From NCBI RefSeq assembly GCF_006345805.1, contig NC_042998.1, positions 2,108,001-2,172,000 of the forward strand: a DNA stretch of 64,000 nucleotides, written 5' to 3'. This document shows positions 11,762 through 23,225 of this stretch, piece by piece (position 1 is the first letter of the stretch; every line of letters starts with the position of its first letter). The notes beneath the pieces were generated by a model that saw only the letters and a program-made list of their open reading frames with translations, made no database searches and had not been told where the DNA came from. A program made the translations under genes and the position numbers. This stretch comes from Octopus sinensis (taxonomy: Eukaryota).

Positions 11762-12482
11762 TTACACCATTATATAAAGACATATTTTTAAAAAAATATC
11801 TATCGTATTTATTTGCTATATTGCAAGTAATTTAATGCCAAACATCAATTTCCAAAATGGTACAAGAGTATGTATGAGTAATTTGAGGGAATATATAGAT
11901 TAAGATAAACTCACTACTTGTGACTAATCTATTGGAAATAAATGAGGGAACTTTTTTTTTTTTTTGAAGATGGCAACATTAATTTTATAACGACTGTTTT
12001 TAGAAATTTCTGGGTTCCCTATAAAGGTTATTCTTGTGCTGAGTAAATCAAATTAAAGTAAGGTTTATTGCATGGGAATGTAAGTAATTTGAGGGACTGT
12101 ACTGGTGTGGACAGCATTGTAGTCAGGTGTAAAAAAAAAAGTATATAAGAGGATAAAATGTCTTCAGGTACAAAATTAAGTGACCGCATTATATTCGAAA
12201 TCGCATTGTACACGAGTAAATTCAATATATTGTTATTATGTTATATTAATAATTTTGTCTCTGATACAGATCTACTGGAATTTTCCGATACAGATCCAGT
12301 CTACGGATAATTTTCTTTCTAAATGTAAATCACTCGGTTTGACACGCCTTTCATGTATCGCTTTAGCAGATATCTCATCTAAGGGTAACCTCCTCATTTC
12401 TTCTCTCTTGCATCGGAGGACCTGAAAAAATCGTGGATGCCATCCTTCTTCTTCTGATCATAAGATTTGTTTAAAAAGGCAC

Positions 12483-12855
12483 CAGTGTAGGAGTGGCTGT
12501 GTGGTAAGTGGCTTGCAGACGAACCACATGGCACCTTGGACGAGTGTCTTCTACTATAGCCTCGGGTCGACCAACGCCTTGTGAGTGGATTTGGTAGACG
12601 GAAACTGAAAGAAGCCCGTCGTATATATGTATATATATAAATATGTGTGTATGTTTCTGTGTCTGTGTTTGTCCCTCCCCCCGGCATCGCTTGACAACCG
12701 ATGCTGGTGTGTTTACATCCCCGTAACTTAGCGATTCGGCAAAAGAGACCGATAGAATAAGTACTAGGCTTACAAAGAATAAGTCCTGGGGTCGATTTAC
12801 TCGACTAAAGGCGGTGCTCCAGCATGGCCGCAGTCAAATGACTGAAACAAGTAAA
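12483..12855 (+). mobile_element. SINE family A, near full length
   Basis: GGAGTGGCTGTGTGGTAAG head through AGTCAAATGACTGAAACAAGTAAA tail. Confidence 0.92.
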
Positions 12856-13522
12856 TGGGGAGGGGGGACTCACAGCCTCATCGGCGTTTGGTAATTCCTT
12901 ATGTGAAGAAAATCCTGCTGAAATAAACGATCTTTTTCTATTTCACAGTTTGTTTGTTAAAACTATTTTAATATAAATATTTTTCGAAATAGACGCGAGG
13001 AAGGGTTAGAACTTCATGCTGGGTGTTAGAAGTTGTCTCCCTTCACCTGAATTTTAACTTTTTGTCGTTGTAATGTAGTAAACATTACACATGGCAACTT
13101 TGACCACATTTTCCAGTATGCGACTTTATGCTAGATAGAATTTTTTTCCATTGGAGGCGAAGCAGTCTTGTTATCAAGATGTGGTTGAGGACTGAAGAGA
13201 ATTTGGTCTAAGAGTAGGTTTTATGACAGTGTGTGCAACCGCTGGCTGGAGATATGTTGTCACACAAAAACTCCATGAGGAGTGAAGGGAACTAGGATTG
13301 AAACCACTGCTCAGAGTCGCAAATTTCTGACAATGGCAAGAATTGTGTTCCCTTGAAAATGACTATATTGACCCATCATACCTATTAAAGCACTGAGTTG
13401 AGCCTAATTGGTATAAATGTATTCATTTCATTAAAAAAAATGTTTACTGAAAAGCAAGGAAGATCAGTCTCATGTGCTTATATTTAATTTCAGTTTAACT
13501 CACCATGGCACACACCAGCAAG

Positions 13523-13915
13523 TGGGAGTGGTTGTGTGGTAAGTAGCTTGCTCACAAACCACATAGTTCCAGGTTCAGTCCCACTGCGTGGCACCTTGGG
13601 CAAGTATCTTCTACTATAACCTTGGACTGACCAAAGCCTTGAGAATGGATTTGGTAGACGGAAACTGAAAGAAGCCCATCATATATATGTATATATATGT
13701 ATATATGTGTGTGTATGTTTGTGTGTCTGTATTCGTCCCCCCCAACAACCGATGCTGGTATGTTTACGTCCCTGTAACTTAGCGGTTCGGCAAAAGAGAC
13801 CGATAGAATAAGTACTCGGCTTACAAAGAATAAATCCTGGGGTCAATTATATCGATCGACTAAAGGCGGTGCTCCAGCATGGCCACAGTCAAATGACTGA
13901 AACAAGTAAAAGAGT
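13523..13915 (+). mobile_element. SINE family A, full length
   Basis: Same head, core and tail motifs as other family A copies. Confidence 0.92.
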
Positions 13916-14398
13916 ATATAAGAATAGAAGTTTGGCCTAGTTTCAGATGAGTAAAGAGGTCTCTGCCCCAGAGGAAGTGAACCAATGCTGAAACATCGGG
14001 TCTGGGAGTCTGCTGATGTCTCTTGGATCACGGCTTTTGTTTTATTTTCACTTTTTTTTTATTTGACACAAATTATATGTAGAGAGATTCTGCTCCAAGA
14101 TGAAATCTCACAGCTGGTATCTTTCACATTCTGGTGTATAAGAACATTTTAAAATTAAATGTACACCTCTTCATTTCAACCCTCACTACTTCATAAGTTT
14201 ATGCTACATTAATTCTAACATGGCAAAATCTTATAGGTAATGTGGAATTCCATTACATAGACATATATTTTTCAGTGGTTTCCCTGTTCTAAATTGAGAT
14301 ACTTTCTCATGAAATTTTTTCCAAATAAATAATTAATCAATAAACAACAACTTTTATGCCTGAAAATATCACCTTTTAAATATGTGCAGTACAGTCGT

Positions 14399-14780
14399 CA
14401 TCATCATCATCATCGTTTAACGTCCGCTTTCCATGCTAGCATGGGTTGGACAATTATGACTGAGGGCTGGTGAACCAGATGGCTGCCCCAGGTTCCAATC
14501 TTGATCTGGCAGTGTTTCTACAGCTGGATGCCCTTCCTAATGTCAACCACTCCATGAGTGTAGTGGGTGCTTTTACGTGCCACTGGCACGGGGGCCATTC
14601 AGACGGTACTGGCAACAACCTCGCTCGAATCTTTTACACATATGCCACTGGCACAGGTGCCAGTAAGGTGATGCTGGTAACGATCACGCTCAAATGGTGC
14701 CCTTTACGTGCCACTGGCAAAGAAAGTCAGTTAGCCGCTCTGGCAACGATCATGCTCGGATGGTGCTCTTAGCACAAGTG
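14399..14780 (-). mobile_element. RTE-3'-end-type repeat (family C) with (GAT)n tail
   Basis: (CAT)n-CGTTTAACGTCCGCTTTCCATGCTAGCATGGGTTGGAC...CAGCTGGATGCCCTTCCTAA plus GTGCCACTGGCAC modules. Confidence 0.85.
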
Positions 14781-15229
14781 CCAGAAATACAATAGGGTAT
14801 AAATAAGAATGCAGTAATACCATACAATGATACTTACTCTTTACAAACAATGTTCACTTCTGCATGAAAAGTGGTGGTGCAATGGGAGTTTCTAGGAGGA
14901 ATAGGAATGTCATATTCTATTCTTACATCGATATTAGTATCTGTTGTTGGTATGAAGAACTTCTTTAAAGTTGTTTCATGTTTACAATACACCATCTCTT
15001 TTTGTGCAGCTCAGTGTTAGAACTGAACTCATTATGATCTCTTGAAGTAATTTTTTGTTATGTTTGTGGTTAGGATTGCTGTTAGCAAAGACTTGAAGAC
15101 CCTTTTTTTATATATATAAGTACATCCTCTTTGCAGTCAAATGATGTTTAGTGAGTAAAACCTTTATATCTTTATCTTACCCCGTAGATCACTTTGTTCT
15201 AACATCATCAACTTCTTATTAGACAAACT

Positions 15230-15950
15230 TTTTTCTGTGGGACCCTAGCAACTCAATTACATCATCTTGTATGAGTCCTCTAACGACATCAGTTGATAGT
15301 GTCACAATATCCTGTTGAACTTTATCTAGACTTTCTTTCAAAGGTGTTACTCCATCCCATGACTCTGTTATGTTATTCGCTGTATCCATAATGCTGAATA
15401 TTTTCCAGAAGTTTCTTACTAAAGATATACCTTAAATTCATCACTCACATCTTTAAGCTCTTGAGTGCTTTGGTACATTGTCTAAAAGGAGAACTTCTTT
15501 GCTAGAAATATTACACCTGACCCTCTACATTTCTACAGGAGGGCAAAAAGTTTGTAAACTAGTCTTGGAAAAGGTTCATAACCATACAGCCTTCTTATTT
15601 GAATGCTAAATCAAAGATAGATTACATTTAGCATAACCATCAAAGACTCTTGAATTTTGGGAGTGACACACATATAAGGGCTTTAATTCTATATCTCCAG
15701 CAGCGTTTATTCTCACAAGAAGTGCCAGACAATTTTTGGATGATTTATAGCCTAATGCTGTTTTTTCTTTTTCTAGAAACAAAAGTACTTTTAAGTTTGT
15801 ACTCCCAGAGAAACCTAGTCTCATCATTATTGTACACTTCTTCTAAAGTATTGCTCCCTTTGACAATAGTTTTCCCAATCTCCTCTGTTTCTGTTGAATA
15901 GGCAAGTATTTCTGAAGCAATTTTTTGAGCTGAAACCAGATATGCCATTC
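15230..15950 (-). mobile_element. pogo/Tigger-type DDD transposase relic
   Basis: Frameshifted peptides EVYNNDETRFLW and LALLVRINAAGDIELKPLYVCHSQNSR resemble Tigger 'VFN.DETGLFW' and 'LL..NA.GD.KLKP...Y.SENPR'. Confidence 0.75.
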
Positions 15951-16496
15951 ATTTTCACCTGTCACATCAGGATATTTGTATACAAACTACCTTGATTTTT
16001 CACAAAAAAATATATAGTTTTCTTTGATTTTGTCTTAGTCTGACTTAGGAGCATTGAGTCAAAGTATGAAAAATGCTTAATTATCACTCTTCCCTTGCTT
16101 AAAGTATAGTAAAATTATGAATATTGCTGGTTTTATGCATAGATAGTTTAACTGTAGTAAGATTTTAGGCCAGATATGTTTTTTTTTTTTGCCTATGATA
16201 GATAAAATACAAAAGGTGGCCTAAAGTTGGTTCTTTCTATTGATACAGAATATTAAACACAACAAACTCTGCAAATTATATGCGAAAAAAAACCCCCACA
16301 TAAAATGAAGGAAGAAACCTCTGTTTCTTATACTTCCTTGAATGTTTTAGCAGTGGCCAATCCCTTTTTATACTCCAACAAGGCCCGAAATTTTTGGGGA
16401 AGGAGCTAGTCAATTAGATTGACCCCAGTATGCAACTGGTACTTAATTTATCGACGGCAGAATTTGAACTCAGAATGTAAAGACAGACAAAATACT

Positions 16497-16902
16497 CTTT
16501 ACTCTTTTACTTGTTTCAGTCATGTGACTGTGGCTATGCTGGAGCACTGCTTTTAGTCGAGCAAATCAACCCCAGGAGTTATTCTTTGTAAGCCTAGTAC
16601 TTATTCTATCAGTCTCTTTTGCCAAACCACTAAGTTACAGTGACGTAAACACACCAGCATCAGTTGTCAAGCGATGTTGGATGGGACAAACACAGACACA
16701 CAAACATATACACACACATACATATATATATATACATACATATATATGACAGGCTTCTTTCAGTTTCCGTCTACCAAATCCACTCACAAGGCTTTGATCA
16801 GCCCGAGGCTATAGTAGAAGATACTTGCCCAAGATGCCACGCAGTGGGACTGAACCTGGAACCATGTGGTTCGTAAGCAAGCTACTTACCACACAGCCAC
16901 TC
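16497..16902 (-). mobile_element. SINE family A nested inside a family B SINE (host parts ~16420-16495 and 16903-16955)
   Basis: Family B sequence resumes on both sides of the family A copy. Confidence 0.85.
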
Positions 16903-16969
16903 CTTGCTAAGCATTTCGCCCGGCGTGCTAATGTGTCTGCCAGCTTGCCACCTTAATCAGTTATCATAT

Positions 16970-17150
16970 TGACATCCCGTCTCTCTTGATATACCTTCAT
17001 GTCTTGGTGGAATCTTTCTCTCAAATTTTGCGGAAATTGATCCAAGTGACTGATGTCTATTTTGTATTCCAGTGAATGAAAAGACCAAAGCATTTTTTCA
17101 ACGATTTCCTTGGAGTTGGTTGCTTTGTTGTTGTCAATAAAGTTTTTTCA
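16970..17150 (-). mobile_element. Chapaev-like (CMC) transposase C-terminal relic
   Basis: Manual translation NNKATNSKEIVEKML...SHLDQFPQNL-RERFHQDMKVYQ resembles 'GNNKA.NY.EIV..ML...HSHLD.FPENLG....GERFHQDI'; family name from memory. Confidence 0.55.
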
Positions 17151-17194
17151 GAGATATCATGTTATATACATATAATTTGCAGATTTTGTTGAAT

Positions 17195-17420
17195 TTAATC
17201 CTTTTGATACCAACCTGGCTGAAACCACCTCTGGATCTATAGTACAAATGTCTTGTTTTCAAAAGTTCTGAATTAAAATCTTCCACCAAACCTCAGTCAC
17301 AATTTAAGTTCCTAACTCTAGTTTAATAATAACTAAGTTATTTTACTAAATTCTTTGTTATATTTAAAATTAATTGAAGGAAACAGCATTTCAACAGAAA
17401 TATGGTAACAAAAGGGTTAA
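17195..17420 (+). mobile_element. piggyBac-like MITE, family 1
   Basis: TTAATCCTTTTGATAC ... GTAACAAAAGGGTTAA; colinear with 1714-1939. Confidence 0.75.
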
Positions 17421-18297
17421 GATTCTGTAACAACCTAGGCCTCCTTTTGTATTTGTTCTATTGTAGGCCAAAAAAAACCTCCATTTCTGGCTGAAATCTT
17501 GCTACAATTTAGCTATCTATGCACAAAATCAGCAATAGTCATAATTTTACTATACTTTATGCAAGGGAAGGGTGGTAATGAAGCATTTTTCTCACTTTGG
17601 CCCAATGACCAAAAGTCAGACCAGGACATAAAATTAAGGACAACTACATGTTTTGTGAAAAATCAAGGTAGTGTGTATACAAAGATCCTGGTGTTATTGG
17701 CGTAAACAAATAGCATATCCAAATTCAGCTTGAAAAAGCACTTCAGGAACACTTGTCTATTCAACAGAAACATTTTCACTGCCAAATTCTGTAGACTTGT
17801 GTCTACAGAACTTCATTCACTTGTCAAACAGAACAGTATTCGTCTCGGAGGAACAACATTGGTTTGGAATTATTCTCAGGTTTTACATCAGTATCAGTCT
17901 TCTTCTAGACAGATGTGCTGACAGAAACTATGGGTCGTTTAAACTCATTCAATATGATCTTACAGCCAGTCTTAAAACTTTGGTAACATGTGTAGTTACC
18001 CAGAGATTTCACAAGTCTAGGGGCCCAGTTCTGATCTATATGTGGTATGGTTTGCCATAAATAAATAAATACTATAGGGTCCAATACATTGATTTGCCTG
18101 GGGTATTAAAATACTGCGAAGATGTCCCCGAATACAGTCCATTCTATGTTATGTGATAAGGGTTAACTTTAAATTGGATTCATCCATCCTTTTGACAAGT
18201 CTTCTTTTTGTCCTGGTGAGTTTTTAGTTACCCTCATTGTCAGGTTAACCTGACAACAATGACTGTTAGACACTTGCAGCCATTTCTATACATATAC

Positions 18298-18560
18298 ATC
18301 ATCATCATCGTTTAACGTCCGTTTTCCATGCTAGCATGGGTTGGACGATTTGACCGAGGTTTTGCAAACCAGAAGGCTGCACCAGTCTCCAATCTGATCT
18401 GGTAGAGTTTCAACAGCTGGATGCCTTTCCTAATGCCAACCACTCCGAGAGTGTAGTGGGTGCTTTTACGTGCCACCGGCATGAGGGCCAGTCAGGCGGT
18501 ACTGGCAATGGCCATGCTCAAAAGGTGTTTTTTATGTGCCACCTGCACAGGAGCCAGTCC
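18298..18560 (-). mobile_element. RTE-3'-end-type repeat (family C)
   Basis: (CAT)n tail and CAGCTGGATGCC-TTCCTAATGCCAACC core. Confidence 0.85.
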
Positions 18561-18917
18561 AAGAATGGAAGGACAGAAGAAAAAAACAACCACAGAATTT
18601 TGTAGCCGCGACAATTCAAGCATTCACAACCCCAATGTTACTAACCCTAGTGACCGTAACAATGACAATAAAAGCAACAACAATGATTGTACCAATAACA
18701 AGAATAGCAGTTACAGTATGAGCAGCCTCTGCCATAAATCAAGGTCAGGGAAGCTAGAGGGTTGGTTAATTATCAAGTTTATGGAATTGGCTTCAAACAA
18801 TCTGCTCTCTGGCAGACAAACAAAGGATGTGTTGATAAGAATTTCCATGGTCAGTGGCAGGTGAGACATACACTATCTACCCCTCACCTTACCACTCACA
18901 TAAACGTTCTATATGCC

Positions 18918-19060
18918 GAGGTCGACTTTGCCTTTCATCCTTTTGGGGTTAATAAATTAAGTACCAGTTATGCACTGGAGTCGATATAATCGACTTAATC
19001 CCTTTGTCTGTCCTTGTTTGTCCCTTCTGTGTGTAGCCCCTTGTGGGCAGTAAAGAAATA
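18918..19060 (+). mobile_element. 5'-truncated SINE family B with an 18-bp TSD
   Basis: TSD ATAAACGTTCTATATGCC at 18900-18917 and 19061-19078. Confidence 0.9.
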
Positions 19061-19571
19061 ATAAACGTTCTATATGCCATACATACACATACACACTAAT
19101 GCACACAACGCATACCTCTCCCATGTACACACATGCTCACCTACAGAGATATACATGTACATATATATGTTCACTGAGGTATCTGGAAATGCATATTGGT
19201 ATATATACACATGAATAAATATCCCCATATTAACATAACAAATTGCGACCAGTTTCCAAAGTTATACTTCTCCTCTTCCTGTGTGCATGTACCCTTTAGT
19301 GCATGCTAGCATGTAAATTTGTTGGTATGCATCAGACCAATGATTGATTGTCTAAATATAAATCCATCTAGTTCTGTGAGTCAACAGGCCAGTTCATTTA
19401 GCAGTCATAGGGATGCACAATGCCTTCTGCAAACAGGTCTAGAATTACATGCACTCCAGTTAATTGTTCCTCGCTAGAGGCGTGTTGTATCTTTGAGCAA
19501 GACACTTCACATCGCTCCAGTCCACTCAGCTGGCAAAACTGAGTTCAAAGGGACAGCACTGTCACAATATA

Positions 19572-19752
19572 GGCGTAGGAGTAGCTGTGTGGTAAGTAGC
19601 TTGCTTATGAATGACATGGTTCTGGGTTCAGTCCCACTGCGTGGCACCTTAGGCAAGTATCTTCTACTATAGCCTTGGGCCAATCAAAGCCTTGTGAGTG
19701 AATTTAGTAGATGGAAACTTAAAGAAGCCTGTCGTGTATATGTGTGTATGTA

Positions 19753-19795
<43 letters not shown>

Positions 19796-20007
19796 GTGTG
19801 TATGTTTGTGTGTCTGTGTTTGTTCCCCAGCATTGCTTGACAACCGATGCTGATGTGTTTACGTTCCCATAACTTAGTGGTTCAGCAAAAGAGACCGATA
19901 GAATAAGTACTAGGCTTACAAAGAATAAGTCCTGGGGTCGATTTGCTCGACTAAAAGGCGGTGTTCCAGCATGGCCACAGTCAAATGACTGAGACAAGTA
20001 AAAGAGA
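19572..20007 (+). mobile_element. SINE family A nested in an older SINE (family E, ~19480-19570 and 20010-20165)
   Basis: Host sequence CCAGTCCACTCAGCTGGCAAAA...GTCAC resumes as CTGAATCTCCCCGAGAAC...GTGGAGTACTCAGCCACTTGCA, contiguous in the uninterrupted copy at 49295-49510. Confidence 0.85.
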
Positions 20008-20366
20008 ATATAAATCTGTCCTGCTGAATCTCCCCGAGAACAGCATAAAAGGTATGCATGACTGTGGAGTACTCAGCCACTTGCATGCTAATTACATGAG
20101 TAGGCTGTTCCATTGATCAAATCGACTGGAGCCCTTGACATTGTAACTGACAGGGTGTCAGTTAATCGTCCCAGGTGTTGTGCATAATTGATTGTAATCC
20201 GTTATCACATGCCTCATTGTTCCTAGCACTGGTATGCCATATAAATGTTTCCAATACAAACACAGTCAGTGTGTAAATACACAGGAAAATAGGATGAGGG
20301 AGAGGTTCATGCATGGGACATAAACAGGGATATTCCGAGAGAGAGTATTATGAAATCTTATTAGAG

Positions 20367-20527
20367 GCACAGGAGTGGCTGTGTGGTAAGTAGCTTGCTA
20401 ACCAACCACATGGTTCCGGGTTCAGTCCCACTGCGTGGCACCTTGGGCAAGTGTCTTCTGCTATAGCCCCGGGCTGACCAAAGCCATGTGAGTGGATTTG
20501 GTAGACGGAAACTGAAAGAAGCCTGTC

Positions 20528-20573
<46 letters not shown>

Positions 20574-20770
20574 TTGTCCCCCTAGCATTGCTTGACAACC
20601 GATGCTGGTGTGTTTACGTCCCCGTCACTTAGCGGTTCGGCAAAAGAGACCGATAGAATAAGTACTGGGCTTACAAAGAATAAGTCCCGGGGTCGATTTG
20701 CTCGACTAAAGGCGGTGCTCCAGCATGGCCGCAGTTAAATGACTGAATCAAGTAAAAGAGTAAAAGAGAT
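20367..20770 (+). mobile_element. SINE family A, full length
   Basis: Head-to-tail match to the family motifs. Confidence 0.92.
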
Positions 20771-22797
20771 GTACAAAAATCCAGAGAATTCCGTAGCTAT
20801 TACCTCCACATCAACCATAATGGGAATAGTATACTAGTGTATCTTTCTGCCATTCAGGAATTTTCCAGTCATGTAATTTCGGGACATTCTACCCTCTTGG
20901 TATGTGCAGTAAATCTCTATTTTGCAATGTTTATGAATGATAAAACCTCCTTGAGCATAATCCTATGAACCTGGAAAAATTTAAAACAGAGAGTTACTTA
21001 CTTGCAAATAAATGTGTTAACATGTGACATTATTGACTGAGGTCACCGTGATCTTTTCCGAAGGCTTTTCTTTCCATGGATAAACCTTATATGCTTCATG
21101 ACATTTCTGTGATACACGATCCCTATTGGTCGTTTTTATTTTCTTCTCTCTTTTTATGATCCCTTTTGATGGAAAACCTACACCCCCTTTTTAGTTTTTA
21201 GTTTTTTTTTCTCCCCAAAAAGAAAAGCTCTACTTTGTAATTTGTCCCCTCTGTGTTCAGCCCTGTGTGGCTAATAAAGAAACATATTTTGCAACGTTTA
21301 TAAAGGTATTTACTATTACCTGTTATAATCTCCAATCCTTCCTTAGTTCCTAACCCACGGGGTATTGCATGTTCTGGCACAGACCAATTCAGTATATATT
21401 CAAGGTTTTTAAGTTTTGGAACATAATTTATTGTTACATTTATAGGAAAGGTATTCATGCAATATAATTAATGGAAACATTAAGACACCAAGGAAAATGT
21501 CTGAAATTCAACAGTTGGGCTGCTTTTTACCTATCAAGCAAATATTCAGGTGCTGTGACTTGTCTTCTTTGATTATCCTTGATTGAATATGCAGCCATGA
21601 GAACAGCTATGTGGAGAGTGTAGTTCAAACTCAACCTAAGACACTCTGAATTTGGTGAGAGAAGAGAACATCATAGCAGCTCTGATGTCTGTGACACTCT
21701 GCAAAATTGGTGGTTTTTTTATTGACTGTATTTATAGGCAGTATTCACAGAAAGTTCTAGTCAGGCTATCAAACTATCACATGAACAACAACCATCCATT
21801 GGATAAAATCTCAGCTGCGCATATGATCAAACTATGTTTGAATTGTCATTTGTGATTTGTATGCGGCAAAATACAGGATTGAATCCAAAGCTACATGGCT
21901 AATTTTAGAATTGTCCAATTTATGGATCTACTCAACTAGTGGAGCACCTAAATGGCTAGTTGTAGGAGTGCCTATGAATTGTTTCACATCATTAACCGTG
22001 GGGGTCCTATGTAAAATCTACTACTAGTGTGTATAACTATCTCACATTTATGTACTACATTTGTATGTATGCATTGTCCACCCAGGGGCAATCCGTAAGG
22101 ATTTTGGAGTTACATTCAGGTGTGTGTGTGTGTGTGTGGGAGATTGGGGGTAAGCTGATATAATTAGTTGTCTTAAATTTGGTAGTGACTGGTGGGATGC
22201 TTGCTTGTTGGGTGTAGTATATGGTGTTGGTTTGAGTTCCAGATAAATCTAAGGAGTTCCCAGGAGTTCCACCTTTCTCATGGTCATTCCCACCCTAGCA
22301 GATTCTCTCAGAGTGGGTATTGGGGTGTGTGCATTCTGTGTTTGTGTTAATTTGAGGGTGTCTTCTGACTCCAGTTTCCCCCAGAGCAAGTCCGTGCATA
22401 TATTTAGCAAGTTTCAACCTATTAGAAGCAGCTATAATACTAACCACGTTAAGTGAGATGGAGTAGGATAATTTGATAGTATTTCTACTAAAATGCTATG
22501 GTGCTTATACCTGATAAGTGACAATTCACGAAATTCTCAGCCCCTGAGTCACTTTGTAACTTATATCGGTCAAATATAAAATTTGTTTCAAGTTTTATTT
22601 TCTTGTCTTCATCACCAAATCTCTCCTTCTCTTTCTCCACACACACACACATACATATTTATATATGTGGTGTATGCGAGAGATTCGCATACATACATGT
22701 ATACATACATATACACGCACACGCACGCCCAAACAGATAAATCTACACACATACATTAGTACATAACTTCGTCTAAACTTTAGGAAGACTAATTAAG

Positions 22798-22941
22798 CAT
22801 GTGACATTGTTGACTCAGAAATAGGAACGATCACGAGGCGTACACCGGATCGAGTTGACTGTCAGCTGACAGAGATATCTGGAAACGAGGTTAAAAGCTG
22901 ACAAGTGTCTCGGATGTCTCAGCGCGCACCTGGCTGCAATT
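22798..22941 (+). promoter_or_regulatory. Putative GLMP proximal promoter / 5'UTR, CpG-enriched
   Basis: Locally CpG-rich; CATGTGAC (22798), TGACTCA (22811), TCACGAG (22831) and the 14-bp palindrome CTGTCAGCTGACAG (22859-22872) lie just upstream of the ATG. Confidence 0.5.
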
Positions 22942-23022
22942 ATGGCTTCGCAATTACACTTCGGCCTCCTGACAACCGTCACCTGCTTCTTTACCTTGGT
23001 GGTCCTCTCTCATTCAAGAAAG
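22942..23022 (+). CDS. GLMP: Glycosylated lysosomal membrane protein (NCU-G1), exon 1, signal peptide; absent from the ORF track in this frame
   Basis: MASQLHFGLLTTVTCFFTLVVLSHSRK then AAG|GTACAG, phase 0 as exon 2 requires; RK|IS parallels human RQ|VS. Confidence 0.75.
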
Positions 23023-23061
23023 GTACAGTTTCTATGTGTCTGTTTTTGTGTGTGTGTGTGA

Positions 23062-23098
<37 letters not shown>

Positions 23099-23225
23099 TA
23101 TATACACATTACATGTTTATTTACGTTGTTGTTTTATCCCTGCTCAATCCCTGTCAGAGAGACTTATAGCGAAAGACATTCCAACCATGACAATCCCGTC
23201 ATTTTTTTTCCAAGTATGATGTTTG

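Noticed and set aside
14830-15110. Possible Penelope-like coding fragment on the minus strand
   Set aside because: Only vague similarity and many stops; no RT or GIY-YIG motif recognised
17580-18240. Possible further transposase relic (DQNWAPRLV) and 'SKPMLFL' resembling the missing hydrolase segment
   Set aside because: Matches are too short; the SKPMLFL hit lies upstream of exon 1 and lacks HG, so it cannot supply the missing exon
20367-20440. tRNA-like A and B boxes at SINE 5' ends as tRNA genes
   Set aside because: They continue into repeat bodies and lack a closed cloverleaf, so they are SINE heads
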